A DNA stretch of 64,000 nt from a virus. A program made the translations under genes and the position numbers. The notes beneath the pieces were generated by a model, which did not search any database, was not told where the DNA came from, and saw only the letters and a program-made list of their open reading frames with translations. The DNA lies in the IMG/VR virus record IMGVR_UViG_3300046810_000256, positions 19,007-83,006 of that record. One strand, written 5' to 3'. Shown here in pieces: positions 46,044 to 54,696 of the stretch. The first letter of the stretch is position 1; every line of letters begins with the position of its first letter.

Positions 46044-47216
46044 ATGTTTTTCACGAATCTTTTGCTCTACCGCATCACCCAAGCCGTCGACCTGTCTGCC
46101 GACACTCTGGAAGCGGCCCTGGCCAACACACCGGCCCGAGCTTGTGCTAATCAAGAATTGACCACCTACGGATTTACCGCCCCCTTCGGCAAAGGCGAAG
46201 ACGCCCCGCTGGTGCATGTCAGTGGTGACTTCCTGCTGGTGAGCGCCCGCAAGGAAGAACGCATTTTGCCGGGCAGCGTTGTGCGTGATGCGGTGAAGGA
46301 AAAGGTCGAAGAGATCGAAGCCGATCAGATGCGCAAGGTGTACAAAAAAGAACGTGACCAGATCAAAGACGAGATCATTCAGGCCTTTCTGCCGCGGGCG
46401 TTTGTCCGCCGCTCCAGCACGTTCGCCGCGATTGCGCCGACGCTGGGCCTGATCATCGTCAACAGCTCCAGCGCCAAGCGCGCCGAGGATCTGCTGTCGA
46501 CATTGCGCGAAGTGATGGGCTCGCTGCCGGTGCGCCCGGTGACGGTGAAGATGTCCCCTACTGCCTCCCTGACTGACTGGGTGCGGACGCAGAAGGCTGC
46601 CGATGACTTCTACGTGCTCGATGAGTGCGAGTTGCGCGACACCCACGAGGACGGCGGCATTGTCCGCTGCAAGCGCCAGGACATGACCGGCGAAGAGGTG
46701 CAACTGCACGTCAGCACCGGGAAGATCGTCACGCAGCTGTCGATGGCCTGGCAGGACAAGCTGTCGTTTGTGCTCGACGACAAAATGGTGATCAAGCGCC
46801 TGAAGTTTGAAGACTTACTGAAGGATCAGGCCGAAAACGACGGTGGCGACGATGCCCTCGGCCAGCTCGACGCCAGCTTCACCTTGATGATGCTGACCTT
46901 TGCCGACTTCATCCCGGCATTGATAGAAGCGCTGGGCGGTGAAGAGTTGCCGGAAGGTATTTACGCGGTCGACCACGCTGCTGGCGTGTCGATGACCATC
47001 AGCACCCCGGAGGGCGTGACGATGACAATCGGCGCCGACGACGAGCTGCTGGCCGAAGCAATCGCCTTTGTCCGCGAATCGGGCCGCGCTTCCACCAGCG
47101 CAGTGCAGCGCAAATTCAAGATCGATTACAACCGGGCCGCGCGCCTCATTGAGAGCATGCAGGCTGAAGGCATCGTGAGCGCGATCAACGAGAAAGGCGC
47201 CAGAACCATCTTGTAA
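46044..47216 (+). CDS. rdgC: Recombination-associated protein RdgC with C-terminal FtsK-gamma-like wHTH
   Basis: [10 protein letters not shown]...[12 protein letters not shown]...LPRAF; C-terminal [31 protein letters not shown]. Confidence 0.93.
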   Translation: MFFTNLLLYRITQAVDLSADTLEAALANTPARACANQELTTYGFTAPFGKGEDAPLVHVSGDFLLVSARKEERILPGSVVRDAVKEKVEEIEADQMRKVYKKERDQIKDEIIQAFLPRAFVRRSSTFAAIAPTLGLIIVNSSSAKRAEDLLSTLREVMGSLPVRPVTVKMSPTASLTDWVRTQKAADDFYVLDECELRDTHEDGGIVRCKRQDMTGEEVQLHVSTGKIVTQLSMAWQDKLSFVLDDKMVIKRLKFEDLLKDQAENDGGDDALGQLDASFTLMMLTFADFIPALIEALGGEELPEGIYAVDHAAGVSMTISTPEGVTMTIGADDELLAEAIAFVRESGRASTSAVQRKFKIDYNRAARLIESMQAEGIVSAINEKGARTIL

Positions 47217-47268
47217 CAGCACTGCCAGGCGGGACACAGCGCCCGCCACTACGCCAAGGATTAGCGAA

Positions 47269-47532
47269 ATGATCGTGAATTTTGATGGCCGCCGGGAAAC
47301 CACCAGCGGCGAGAAACCGAACAAGCCAGTGAAATGGACAGGCAGTTTTGTCGTAACCGACGCGGCTGGAAACACCCTTGAAACGGAATGGGAATCCAAC
47401 AGCGTCCCTCGCATGAATTATCAAGGCGCTCGCAACCGCGCTACGCAAGTAATCAACAGCATGACGGCGCGACTCTTCGAACAACACAAGCAGCCAATCC
47501 GAAAGGCGGCTTACAACCTGACGACGCGATGA
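47269..47532 (+). CDS. Hypothetical protein
   Basis: AAGGA RBS. Confidence 0.6.
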   Translation: MIVNFDGRRETTSGEKPNKPVKWTGSFVVTDAAGNTLETEWESNSVPRMNYQGARNRATQVINSMTARLFEQHKQPIRKAAYNLTTR

Positions 47533-48008
47533 GACATTACGAGATAGAAGGCGCTGACCAGCGACTGCCGCAGTTTCTGGTTACACCGCAAGTCGGTACC
47601 CGGATTCAAAGCGGCAAAGCGTGCCTGATGATTTTGCCGTTTCGCCCACAACCGTCGGTGTGTATGCACTCACTGGAACGTCTTGGGCTCGAGAGTTTTT
47701 CGGAAGACGATTTGCTGTCGGCGGCGCGATTGGCCTTCAGTTGGGGGTTCATCGCGCCACCGATTCGCATGGGTTACGCCTTCGAACTAGCGCACGAATT
47801 CGTACCAGAAAAGTGCCAGAAACTTGGTACGGGGATAGTGCGACAAATGGGCATAACACGCCTACTTGATATAACGGCTAAGCACTGGAAGTTATGCGGC
47901 TACGCCAGTCGAGAAGACTTTAATTCGTACTGGCATCAGGCCGCCGCAGATTTGAATGAGCACCCTAACCCGTGGTGCTGGCTCATCGAATTCACATATA
48001 AGGGGTGA
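47529..48008 (+). CDS. ASCH/PUA-like phage protein
   Basis: ATGA coupling at 47529; RLLDIT...FNSYW...NPWCWLIEF. Confidence 0.6.
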   Translation: MRHYEIEGADQRLPQFLVTPQVGTRIQSGKACLMILPFRPQPSVCMHSLERLGLESFSEDDLLSAARLAFSWGFIAPPIRMGYAFELAHEFVPEKCQKLGTGIVRQMGITRLLDITAKHWKLCGYASREDFNSYWHQAAADLNEHPNPWCWLIEFTYKG

Positions 48009-48011
48009 GAT

Positions 48012-48305
48012 ATGGCTATACCTGTGATCGCCGCGTTGTTGCTCCACGTCATATGGCTCGCGCGTCGTTACGAGCACGCTAAGCCTGGCGTAATGAAGTG
48101 GGTACGCACGCTCGCCGCGTTCGCTTCACTGACGCTGACCACAGTTTTGTTCTGTTTGATCTATAACAATGTGAGCCAATTGGCACAGCGAAATATTTAT
48201 TTCGAGGTCGGTTCAGTCGGCAGACAGGCATCACCTGTCACATCTTCTCCTGATAATTCAATTTGTTACACCGAGAGCAGCAATCTTGACGATAATGGTA
48301 AATGA
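48012..48305 (+). CDS. Small membrane protein
   Basis: Two hydrophobic segments. Confidence 0.55.
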   Translation: MAIPVIAALLLHVIWLARRYEHAKPGVMKWVRTLAAFASLTLTTVLFCLIYNNVSQLAQRNIYFEVGSVGRQASPVTSSPDNSICYTESSNLDDNGK

Positions 48306-48364
48306 CAACTACCGTCCGTCGTCTAATTGCAGTGCTATTGGAACTTAGCTTTTCGCTTGATACC

Positions 48365-48600
48365 TTAGCGAGTGTGGGGCGCAGTGTGGGGTCAGCTTTT
48401 TCGGATATCCGGAAAACCCTTATTCCACAAGGCTTACAGGCCGATCCTGCCGGGGATACACCATCCCCGTAGCTTTCGGTAAAATCTGCGCCTCTAACCC
48501 CCAATGAAGTACGGACTGGGAAAGCTCCCACAACCCCTGTCACTCAGTCCGAGAATGGAAGCTGCAAGCAATGCGAACCCATACCGTTACACCCTGCAAA
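48365..48600. other. Putative attP region
   Basis: Non-coding region upstream of integrase; tandem AGTGTGGGG arm-like repeats at 48371-48392; tRNA-3'-like ATCCTGCCGGGGATACACCA at 48444-48463. Confidence 0.4.
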
Positions 48601-48613
48601 AAGGTCGAAAACT

Positions 48614-49828
48614 ATGCCGCTCAATCAAAAGGTTATCGCGACGATAACAGTCCCCGGCGTCTACCAGGATAAGAACGGACTGAGCCTTAAAGTCAGATCC
48701 GCCAGTTCTAAATCTTGGATCTTTCGCTACACATCACCCTCTGATGGCGAACGCCATGACATGGGCGTAGGGTCGTTCCCTGAAGTCAGTCTGACTGACG
48801 CCAGGAAGAAAGCGACCGAACTTCGCGCCATGGTTAACAAAGGGATTGATCCTCTTGAGCAACGCAAGGAAGCGTCGAATGCATCGGTAACCTTCAAAGA
48901 CGAAGCGCTAACTTTCATTGAGCGCCATCGTGCAGGGTGGTCGGATAAACACGCCACTCAATGGCTGAACTCGCTGACCGAATACGCCTTTCCTGTCATC
49001 GGCAACTTACCAATCGGCTCCGTCGAAACGGCGGACGTGATTAAGGTGCTTGACCCTATTTGGCTGGAAAAACCTGAAACGGCGCGCCGCGTGCGCAACC
49101 GTATGGAGCGCGTGTTTGATCATGCCAAGGCCTACGAACGTCGCGACGGTGAAAACCCGGCACGGCTGAAAGGCCATCTGCAAAACCTCATGCCGAAGAA
49201 TCAGAACACGGTCAAGCAGCTGGAAAGTATGGAGTTTTCCCGCCTGCCGTCGTTCATGTACGTGTTGGAAGGTGAAGACTCGCGCACCGCCCGATGCTTG
49301 CAGTTCCTGATTCTGACTGCCTGCCGTACCAGCGAAGCGCTGGGCGCAAAGTGGGAAGAAATCGACATGATCAACCGCGTTTGGACGATTCCGGCGGCGC
49401 GGATGAAAAACGGCGAAGAACATCAGGTGCCATTGAGCGAAGAGGCGTTGCAGGTGCTCCGCGATACCGGCTCTAAAGGCCGTAGTGAGTACGTGTTTCA
49501 CGGCCCGCGGTCGACTTCGATGCTGCCGGACAACTCACTGCGCCGTCTGCTGCGCAAGCTGGGCGAGCACTGCACGCCTCACGGCTTCCGCTCGACGTTC
49601 CGCACCTGGGCCGATGAGAAAACCGCGTTCTCGTTCGAACTGTGTGAAATCTCACTGGCCCACGTCGTGGGCAACACCACGTCGCGCGCCTACGTGCGCG
49701 GTAACCAGCTCGAAAAACGCCGTCCTTTGATGGCGCGCTGGTCTAAGTACGCAATGGAGCGGGTGACACCGCAGCACCCGGTAATGGCAAAAAAAGCCGT
49801 CTCCGAGCAATCCGCGCGTCTTCAGTAA
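48614..49828 (+). CDS. P4-type tyrosine integrase
   Basis: Arm-binding N-terminus (GLSLKV...KSWIFRY...GVGSFPEVSLTDAR); catalytic R (ACRTSE), K (MKNG), HGFR, LAH, Y (RAY) intact. Confidence 0.95.
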   Translation: MPLNQKVIATITVPGVYQDKNGLSLKVRSASSKSWIFRYTSPSDGERHDMGVGSFPEVSLTDARKKATELRAMVNKGIDPLEQRKEASNASVTFKDEALTFIERHRAGWSDKHATQWLNSLTEYAFPVIGNLPIGSVETADVIKVLDPIWLEKPETARRVRNRMERVFDHAKAYERRDGENPARLKGHLQNLMPKNQNTVKQLESMEFSRLPSFMYVLEGEDSRTARCLQFLILTACRTSEALGAKWEEIDMINRVWTIPAARMKNGEEHQVPLSEEALQVLRDTGSKGRSEYVFHGPRSTSMLPDNSLRRLLRKLGEHCTPHGFRSTFRTWADEKTAFSFELCEISLAHVVGNTTSRAYVRGNQLEKRRPLMARWSKYAMERVTPQHPVMAKKAVSEQSARLQ

Positions 49829-49842
49829 CTGGTGACGCACTA

Positions 49843-49875
49843 AAACCCGGCGGCATCCTCGCCGCCGGGTTTCCC
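49843..49875. terminator. Terminator hairpin after integrase
   Basis: AAACCCGGCGGC-ATCCTC-GCCGCCGGGTTT. Confidence 0.7.
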
Positions 49876-50000
49876 CTTACAACACCACTCCATTCCCTGA
49901 GCTAGACTGTTAAAAACGCGCTTTTTTGGGCGTTTTGCAGGCATTTGGCCATCAAAAATACTATCCCCGGACACTTTTTGTCAGAAAGTGACGTTGCGTG

Positions 50001-50315
50001 TCACTTGGTCTGCGCGCTGGTTACCGGCAGTGGGCCACGTCCCTGCATACCCTTCGCAGCGTTCTGCATGTTGATGCAGTCAATCACCTGACTTGCACAT
50101 GCGGTCAGCGCGGCTTCCGCCTCATCAATGGCGCGGTACGGATCCTCATTGAGCTTGAGCGGAGGACGCCCCGGCAGCGGGCACGGCACCAGACTCGCGC
50201 AGACCGGTGGCGGCGGCGCGATAGGCAACGGGGTCGGTGGTTGCGGGTCTTGCGTAGCGCAGCCCGAGAGCAGTAGGGACAGGCAGGCGGAAGTAATCAG
50301 TAATCGCTTTGTCAT
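50001..50315 (-). CDS. o-spanin (Rz1/LysC-like lipoprotein)
   Basis: Lipobox LLSGC, Pro-rich, CASQVIDC; overlaps i-spanin. Confidence 0.85.
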   Translation of the reverse strand: MTKRLLITSACLSLLLSGCATQDPQPPTPLPIAPPPPVCASLVPCPLPGRPPLKLNEDPYRAIDEAEAALTACASQVIDCINMQNAAKGMQGRGPLPVTSAQTK

Positions 50316-50601
50316 TGCGTTTGAGCTCTTCAAAGTTGCGGTTGATCTGCACCGACTGGGTGGCCAGCGTGTTGTTCAACAGGCGAGTCGCCTGGCTGAC
50401 TTGCGCCAGCTGTTCCTGCACCAGCGTGCGGTCATTCAGCGCCTGCGCCAGCAGCTCGTTGCGCTCGGTCAGCGTGCTGACGTTTTTGGCCAGGGTGTCG
50501 ACCTTCTGCTGTGCTGCGTTCTCGCTCTGCCGGTAGTGATCGGCTGCCCACAACGACACCACCACGACCAAAGCACTGCCAAACAAGCCGTATACGTTCA
50601 T
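50146..50601 (-). CDS. i-spanin (Rz/LysB-like)
   Basis: N-terminal TM plus coiled coil. Confidence 0.8.
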   Translation of the reverse strand: MNVYGLFGSALVVVVSLWAADHYRQSENAAQQKVDTLAKNVSTLTERNELLAQALNDRTLVQEQLAQVSQATRLLNNTLATQSVQINRNFEELKRNDKAITDYFRLPVPTALGLRYARPATTDPVAYRAAATGLRESGAVPAAGASSAQAQ

Positions 50602-50630
50602 ACCTACCTCTTTAGCGCCTCGGCGCTCAG

Positions 50631-50951
50631 TTATGCCTTGTCGGGTTCATCACGGGGCGCCAGCTCCTTGCGCGGGCGCTCTACCGCTTTACCGGCGACG
50701 TAACCGGTGGTGACAGCCCCCAGCACCATGCCGGAAATAACCTCCAGCGAACCGGCGATGATCCGCACCAGCTCAGTGGCTTGCGGGCTGCCCTGCGCCA
50801 TCCAAACCACGCCGCCCATCACGCCGCCGAACACACACATGATTGCCGACAGCACAGTCACGCACAGCGCGAAGCCGAAGCGCTTCACCGACGGTCTGCC
50901 GGTGGTGCCTTCTTCGACAAATCGGCCCAGCCAGCGCAGTAGTTCGTTCAT
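50631..50951 (-). CDS. Putative holin
   Basis: Two TM helices, charged C-terminus, within lysis cassette. Confidence 0.6.
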   Translation of the reverse strand: MNELLRWLGRFVEEGTTGRPSVKRFGFALCVTVLSAIMCVFGGVMGGVVWMAQGSPQATELVRIIAGSLEVISGMVLGAVTTGYVAGKAVERPRKELAPRDEPDKA

Positions 50952-51643
50952 GCCTGCATCGCCTTTTGTGCCCGCGCCAGATACGCCACGCGCGAGTCAT
51001 ACCCGATCAACCCGCCGTTAATCTTTTTGGTGATCAATTCGAAGCTACCGACGTCGGCCAGCGCATTGAGGCCGCGGCTGTGCCAGAACCACGCTGCCGA
51101 TTGCGCGGCACCTTCTGGCAGGCGCAGATAGTCCGGCACCAGCGACAGCTCCAAGCCAATCGCCTTGCCGAATTCCAGATGGTTGGCTTTAAACGTCAGC
51201 TGCTTGAGCCCGGCGCCGCGATAGCGCCAGCCGTCGCCGCTTTCTTCCGTGCCGTTGCTGAATCGATTGGCATAGACGTTGTTGGCGATGGCTTCCGGGT
51301 TGCGCGCCAGCTTCAGCCCCAGGGCGTTCGGCTTGTTGCGCCACTTGTCGTCAATCATCACCTTCACATAACCGCCCTTCCCGTCTGGCACGGCGTACCG
51401 GCTGGCCCAAGTGTTGGCCAGGCCGTCGGCGCTGTAATTCAGCCCCTCGGTCACTCGCGTGAACTCCATCGACTCGTGGGCGATCTGTGCCAGGAATGCG
51501 GTGATGCGGTGAAAGGTGTTGATCTGCCGGGCGCGCATGGCCACGTTCAGCGGTGCCAGGTACTGGGCGCAAGCATCGCGCCCCTTTTGCGTGGTGCAGA
51601 CCGCTTTGAGCTGCGCCAGTGTCACCAGTTCTTTATCGGCCAT
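50948..51643 (-). CDS. GH19 endolysin
   Basis: AFLAQIAHES...EGLNYSA...GDGWRYRGAGLKQLT...ITKKINGG. Confidence 0.92.
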   Translation of the reverse strand: MADKELVTLAQLKAVCTTQKGRDACAQYLAPLNVAMRARQINTFHRITAFLAQIAHESMEFTRVTEGLNYSADGLANTWASRYAVPDGKGGYVKVMIDDKWRNKPNALGLKLARNPEAIANNVYANRFSNGTEESGDGWRYRGAGLKQLTFKANHLEFGKAIGLELSLVPDYLRLPEGAAQSAAWFWHSRGLNALADVGSFELITKKINGGLIGYDSRVAYLARAQKAMQA

Positions 51644-51947
51644 TGCCCCGCTCCCGTTCCAGTTGTTCAACCTTGAAACCGAGGCGAGCGGTCAGCTGCT
51701 CAAGCGTCTCCGTCTTGTCTTCCAGCTTGCCCACGCGCTGCGTCAGCGACGCCACGTCACGGTCTGTCAGCGTCTGTTTAGCGGCGATCTCGCCGATGGA
51801 CTTCGCCACGCCATCCAGCTTTGTGCTGAAGGCCGTAACCGAAGAGCCGATATTGCTGCCCAGCCAGCAGAGGACGGTGAAACACAGCATTTGCGCCAGA
51901 TTCATCACCCACTTCACCGCCGGTCTTTCCCAAACCTGAGAGGTCAT
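51633..51947 (-). CDS. Putative holin/antiholin (single TM plus coiled coil)
   Basis: First gene of lysis cassette. Confidence 0.5.
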   Translation of the reverse strand: MTSQVWERPAVKWVMNLAQMLCFTVLCWLGSNIGSSVTAFSTKLDGVAKSIGEIAAKQTLTDRDVASLTQRVGKLEDKTETLEQLTARLGFKVEQLERERGNGR

Positions 51948-51982
51948 ATCCGGATCCCATTACCCATAAGCACATGGCCATC

Positions 51983-52023
51983 ATTTTCCGATGGCCATGC
52001 AGGTAATCCGGGAGGGGGTTTGC
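51983..52023 (-). promoter_or_regulatory. Late-promoter motif copy 6
   Basis: GCAAA-N30-GAAAAT upstream of lysis cassette. Confidence 0.7.
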
Positions 52024-52024
52024 G

Positions 52025-52273
52025 CTATCTGCGCCGCGGGGCGCTGACTTTGGCGATGATGTTCAGGCCTTTGATGACGTTGTTGATGCCGCCGATGATC
52101 GAAGACAGTCCTTTGCTTTGATTCTCCTGGCCCTTCTTCCAGTTTTGGTAACTGGGGGACTCAAACAGCGCAACAACTTCGCTTTGCGGCATTTTGGCTG
52201 CGGTGATCAGGTCTTGATGGAAGTACAAGGCCAAGTCAGCCTTCGTGTTCGTCATCTGCTTCCAGTAGTTCAC
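52025..52273 (-). CDS. Putative tail assembly chaperone extension ORF
   Basis: Overlaps the upstream ORF in the +1 frame. Confidence 0.55.
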   Translation of the reverse strand: MNYWKQMTNTKADLALYFHQDLITAAKMPQSEVVALFESPSYQNWKKGQENQSKGLSSIIGGINNVIKGLNIIAKVSAPRRR

Positions 52274-53036
52274 ACGTCCCTCTGCTGATTCCGGTACGGG
52301 GGTGAAATCGGGCAGGCCCCAGCTCGGGTACCTCCTTTCCGCCTTCCAGAACCGTGCCCGGCTCAGTCACCTGCGCCGCCAGCACACCCTGCGCGTTGAA
52401 CACAGCGTGAACAAAGTGCTGAAGCTGCTGCGCGGCTTGTGAATACGCATCAAACAGCTGCAAAAATTCGCTCTCCGGAGCGGTGCGCAGCAGGTCAATA
52501 CGAGCCTTCAGCGCTTTTCCATACGACACCGGGTCGACGTACTCAATCGGCGCCTCATTCACGCCACGGATACAGGCCGACATGACCCCAATCTGCCAGC
52601 TGAAATAGGTCTTGGACAACGAGCCCGTTTCTACCAGCGTCTCAATCGCTTCGGCTTGGTAACCATGCAGCGGCGTGCAGATATGCGGCTCGCCCAAATG
52701 GTCGAACTCGATATGCTCCACGTAGTCAGCGCCAGCCAGCAGGTAGTCGTGCAGATGACCTTCGCCCAGCTTGAAGTCAGGCCCGTCGTCGAGCACCGCC
52801 GCCAGGTAGAAAATCACGACGTTCATGCGCTCATTCACCGACCAAAACAGTGGATCGGTTACTGTCTCGTGACCCGGTGGGCGCGGTAGGTGCTCACAGA
52901 CGGCATTGAGAAACGCGGTGATCGTGCGCTGTGAAAACCGGTATGGGATGGCGCACAGTTCCTGCACCTGGCCGATAGTGAGCTCGCGGGGCTGCACGGA
53001 AATGCGCAACGAATGCACGGGTTGGATTGACTTCAT
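52236..53036 (-). CDS. Tail assembly chaperone (P1 PmgB-like)
   Basis: RELTIG..., DPLFWSVNER, C-terminal PARF; start MKSIQ. Confidence 0.6.
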   Translation of the reverse strand: MKSIQPVHSLRISVQPRELTIGQVQELCAIPYRFSQRTITAFLNAVCEHLPRPPGHETVTDPLFWSVNERMNVVIFYLAAVLDDGPDFKLGEGHLHDYLLAGADYVEHIEFDHLGEPHICTPLHGYQAEAIETLVETGSLSKTYFSWQIGVMSACIRGVNEAPIEYVDPVSYGKALKARIDLLRTAPESEFLQLFDAYSQAAQQLQHFVHAVFNAQGVLAAQVTEPGTVLEGGKEVPELGPARFHPRTGISRGTCELLEADDEHEG

Positions 53037-53737
53037 AGAGCCCCAAACGATTCGTACTGAGTGAAAGTCAGGTTCAACGCCGAAAACTCTTCGACTTGCC
53101 GGTTTTGCGCCACTTGGCAGTTCACCGGGACAAGAACCCACGATTTTGAATAGCCCCGGCCCTCTTCAATGGCGCCGTGGGTAATGGTGAAGGTGTTTGC
53201 GTAGTCGCCCGGCAGGCCAAAGGTGCCATCCGGATGCGCGTGCTGAAGCTTCAGCTCTTCGAACCACGTCTTGATTTCGCCGTCGACGTCGTAGCAGGTC
53301 AGCGTCAGTTCGACCGGGTCGGCGCCGCTCGGCACCTGTACGAACCCGGAGCCAATCTTTTTGGTTTCGTACCCCAGCTGCACGCCGTTGTAGCTGAACT
53401 CCGTGGCCAGCAGGTTCACACGCGGGGCCCCGACTTTGCCGATAGGCTCTACCAGCACATGCCACAGGTTGGAGCGCTCGCGCAGAACGCTCATGGATTC
53501 CTCATACATTGCGTACAAGGTCGCCCAGGACGTGCCCGCAAGCGCGACGTTGCCGCTGCCGTAGGAGCTCGTCGGCCCGAGGAAGTTGTCCATCAACCCG
53601 TTCGCCGCTGCCGAGAGGTTGCCGTTAAGCAGGTTCCCGGCAATCTTGGTGAACTTGACGACCGGCGCCGACGCACTGATTGCGCCCAGCGCCTTATCCA
53701 TCGCCTGGTTGCCGAGGCGTTCGAAGATGCTGGCCAT
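53033..53737 (-). CDS. Tail tube initiator-like protein (P1 Tub-like)
   Basis: Synteny PmgC-Tub-PmgB; ends LTFTQY. Confidence 0.55.
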   Translation of the reverse strand: MASIFERLGNQAMDKALGAISASAPVVKFTKIAGNLLNGNLSAAANGLMDNFLGPTSSYGSGNVALAGTSWATLYAMYEESMSVLRERSNLWHVLVEPIGKVGAPRVNLLATEFSYNGVQLGYETKKIGSGFVQVPSGADPVELTLTCYDVDGEIKTWFEELKLQHAHPDGTFGLPGDYANTFTITHGAIEEGRGYSKSWVLVPVNCQVAQNRQVEEFSALNLTFTQYESFGAL

Positions 53738-54126
53738 CAGATGGTTACCCAGTCTTCACAGAAGCACAGCTGAGGCAGCGTCCGCAGATACTCTGCGATT
53801 CCCATTTCCACCTCGGCAACAGACCGACCGAATAACTCGGCACCCTGCGTGCGGGACGCCTCCAGCGCCATGCTGTTCTCTTTCTCCAGATACAGCAGCC
53901 ACAGCGGGCGGATGATCGACAGTTCACTGGTGTTCAGGTCGACGTCTTGCTCTGCGTTGGCGCCGACCAGCGCCGTGGCGTCCACATCCACGCCACTTTT
54001 CAGGTCGGCATATCCGCAATACTGCCGCGCGGCATCCCGCAAGCTGCGCTCCACCTGTTCATCAGTGAGCACGCAGCCAATCGGCAGTTCGGCCATGTGC
54101 TGCGCGGTCAGTTGGCGGATCTTCAT
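53737..54126 (-). CDS. Head-tail adaptor (P1 PmgC-like)
   Basis: IIRPLWLLYLEKEN...EASR..GAELFGRSVAEV. Confidence 0.6.
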   Translation of the reverse strand: MKIRQLTAQHMAELPIGCVLTDEQVERSLRDAARQYCGYADLKSGVDVDATALVGANAEQDVDLNTSELSIIRPLWLLYLEKENSMALEASRTQGAELFGRSVAEVEMGIAEYLRTLPQLCFCEDWVTI

Positions 54127-54135
54127 GCCCGCCCC

Positions 54136-54606
54136 TTACTTGTTGGCAAACCAGTGGAAGTGCAGCGTGCCCGCCAACAGCAGCGCCGTATCGTTTTCCC
54201 AGTCGCGATCAGGGGTATCCATCACCATAAAGGCGCCCTTGATATCGTGGCTGTAAGCGTTGTCTTCTGGACGTCCAGCGTATGCCGTCGCTTCGAACAC
54301 GCCGCCGTTCTCGATCATCTTGATCAGCTCTTCGCCCACGGTGCCTGGCTGCACTTCATAGAGCGCAATTGGGCCTTCGAATTTGGTTTTGTTGTTCTGC
54401 GGCTGCGCCATCGCCTGCCCGTTGGGGCCAAAAAATTCCATGGCATCTTTGACCGTCGCCACCGGCCACGGGAACTGCTTGCACAGCAGTTGGATTTTTT
54501 CGTGACCGTGAATGACCAGCACCGCGTCGGCGGTCGAGGCTTTGCGCCCCAGGTCTAGCGTGTTTTGAAAGGTCTGAGAAAGCACCTGATGCGTGTTGAC
54601 TGTCAT
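54136..54606 (-). CDS. Tail tube protein (P1 BplB-like)
   Basis: LLCKQFPWP...GPNG...QPQ...DRDWEN...GTLHFHWF; own late promoter. Confidence 0.7.
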   Translation of the reverse strand: MTVNTHQVLSQTFQNTLDLGRKASTADAVLVIHGHEKIQLLCKQFPWPVATVKDAMEFFGPNGQAMAQPQNNKTKFEGPIALYEVQPGTVGEELIKMIENGGVFEATAYAGRPEDNAYSHDIKGAFMVMDTPDRDWENDTALLLAGTLHFHWFANK

Positions 54607-54639
54607 CGGGGACACCCCTGAGTGTGTGTATTCAGGGCA

Positions 54640-54680
54640 ATCATCGGGCAAAAAAAACCCCGCACAGCGGCGGGGTTTGC
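54640..54680 (-). promoter_or_regulatory. Late-promoter motif copy 7, overlapping terminator
   Basis: GCAAA-N30-GATGAT; spacer CCCCGC..GCGGGG-T8. Confidence 0.7.
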
Positions 54681-54696
54681 ATGGTTTTGCAAGGCG

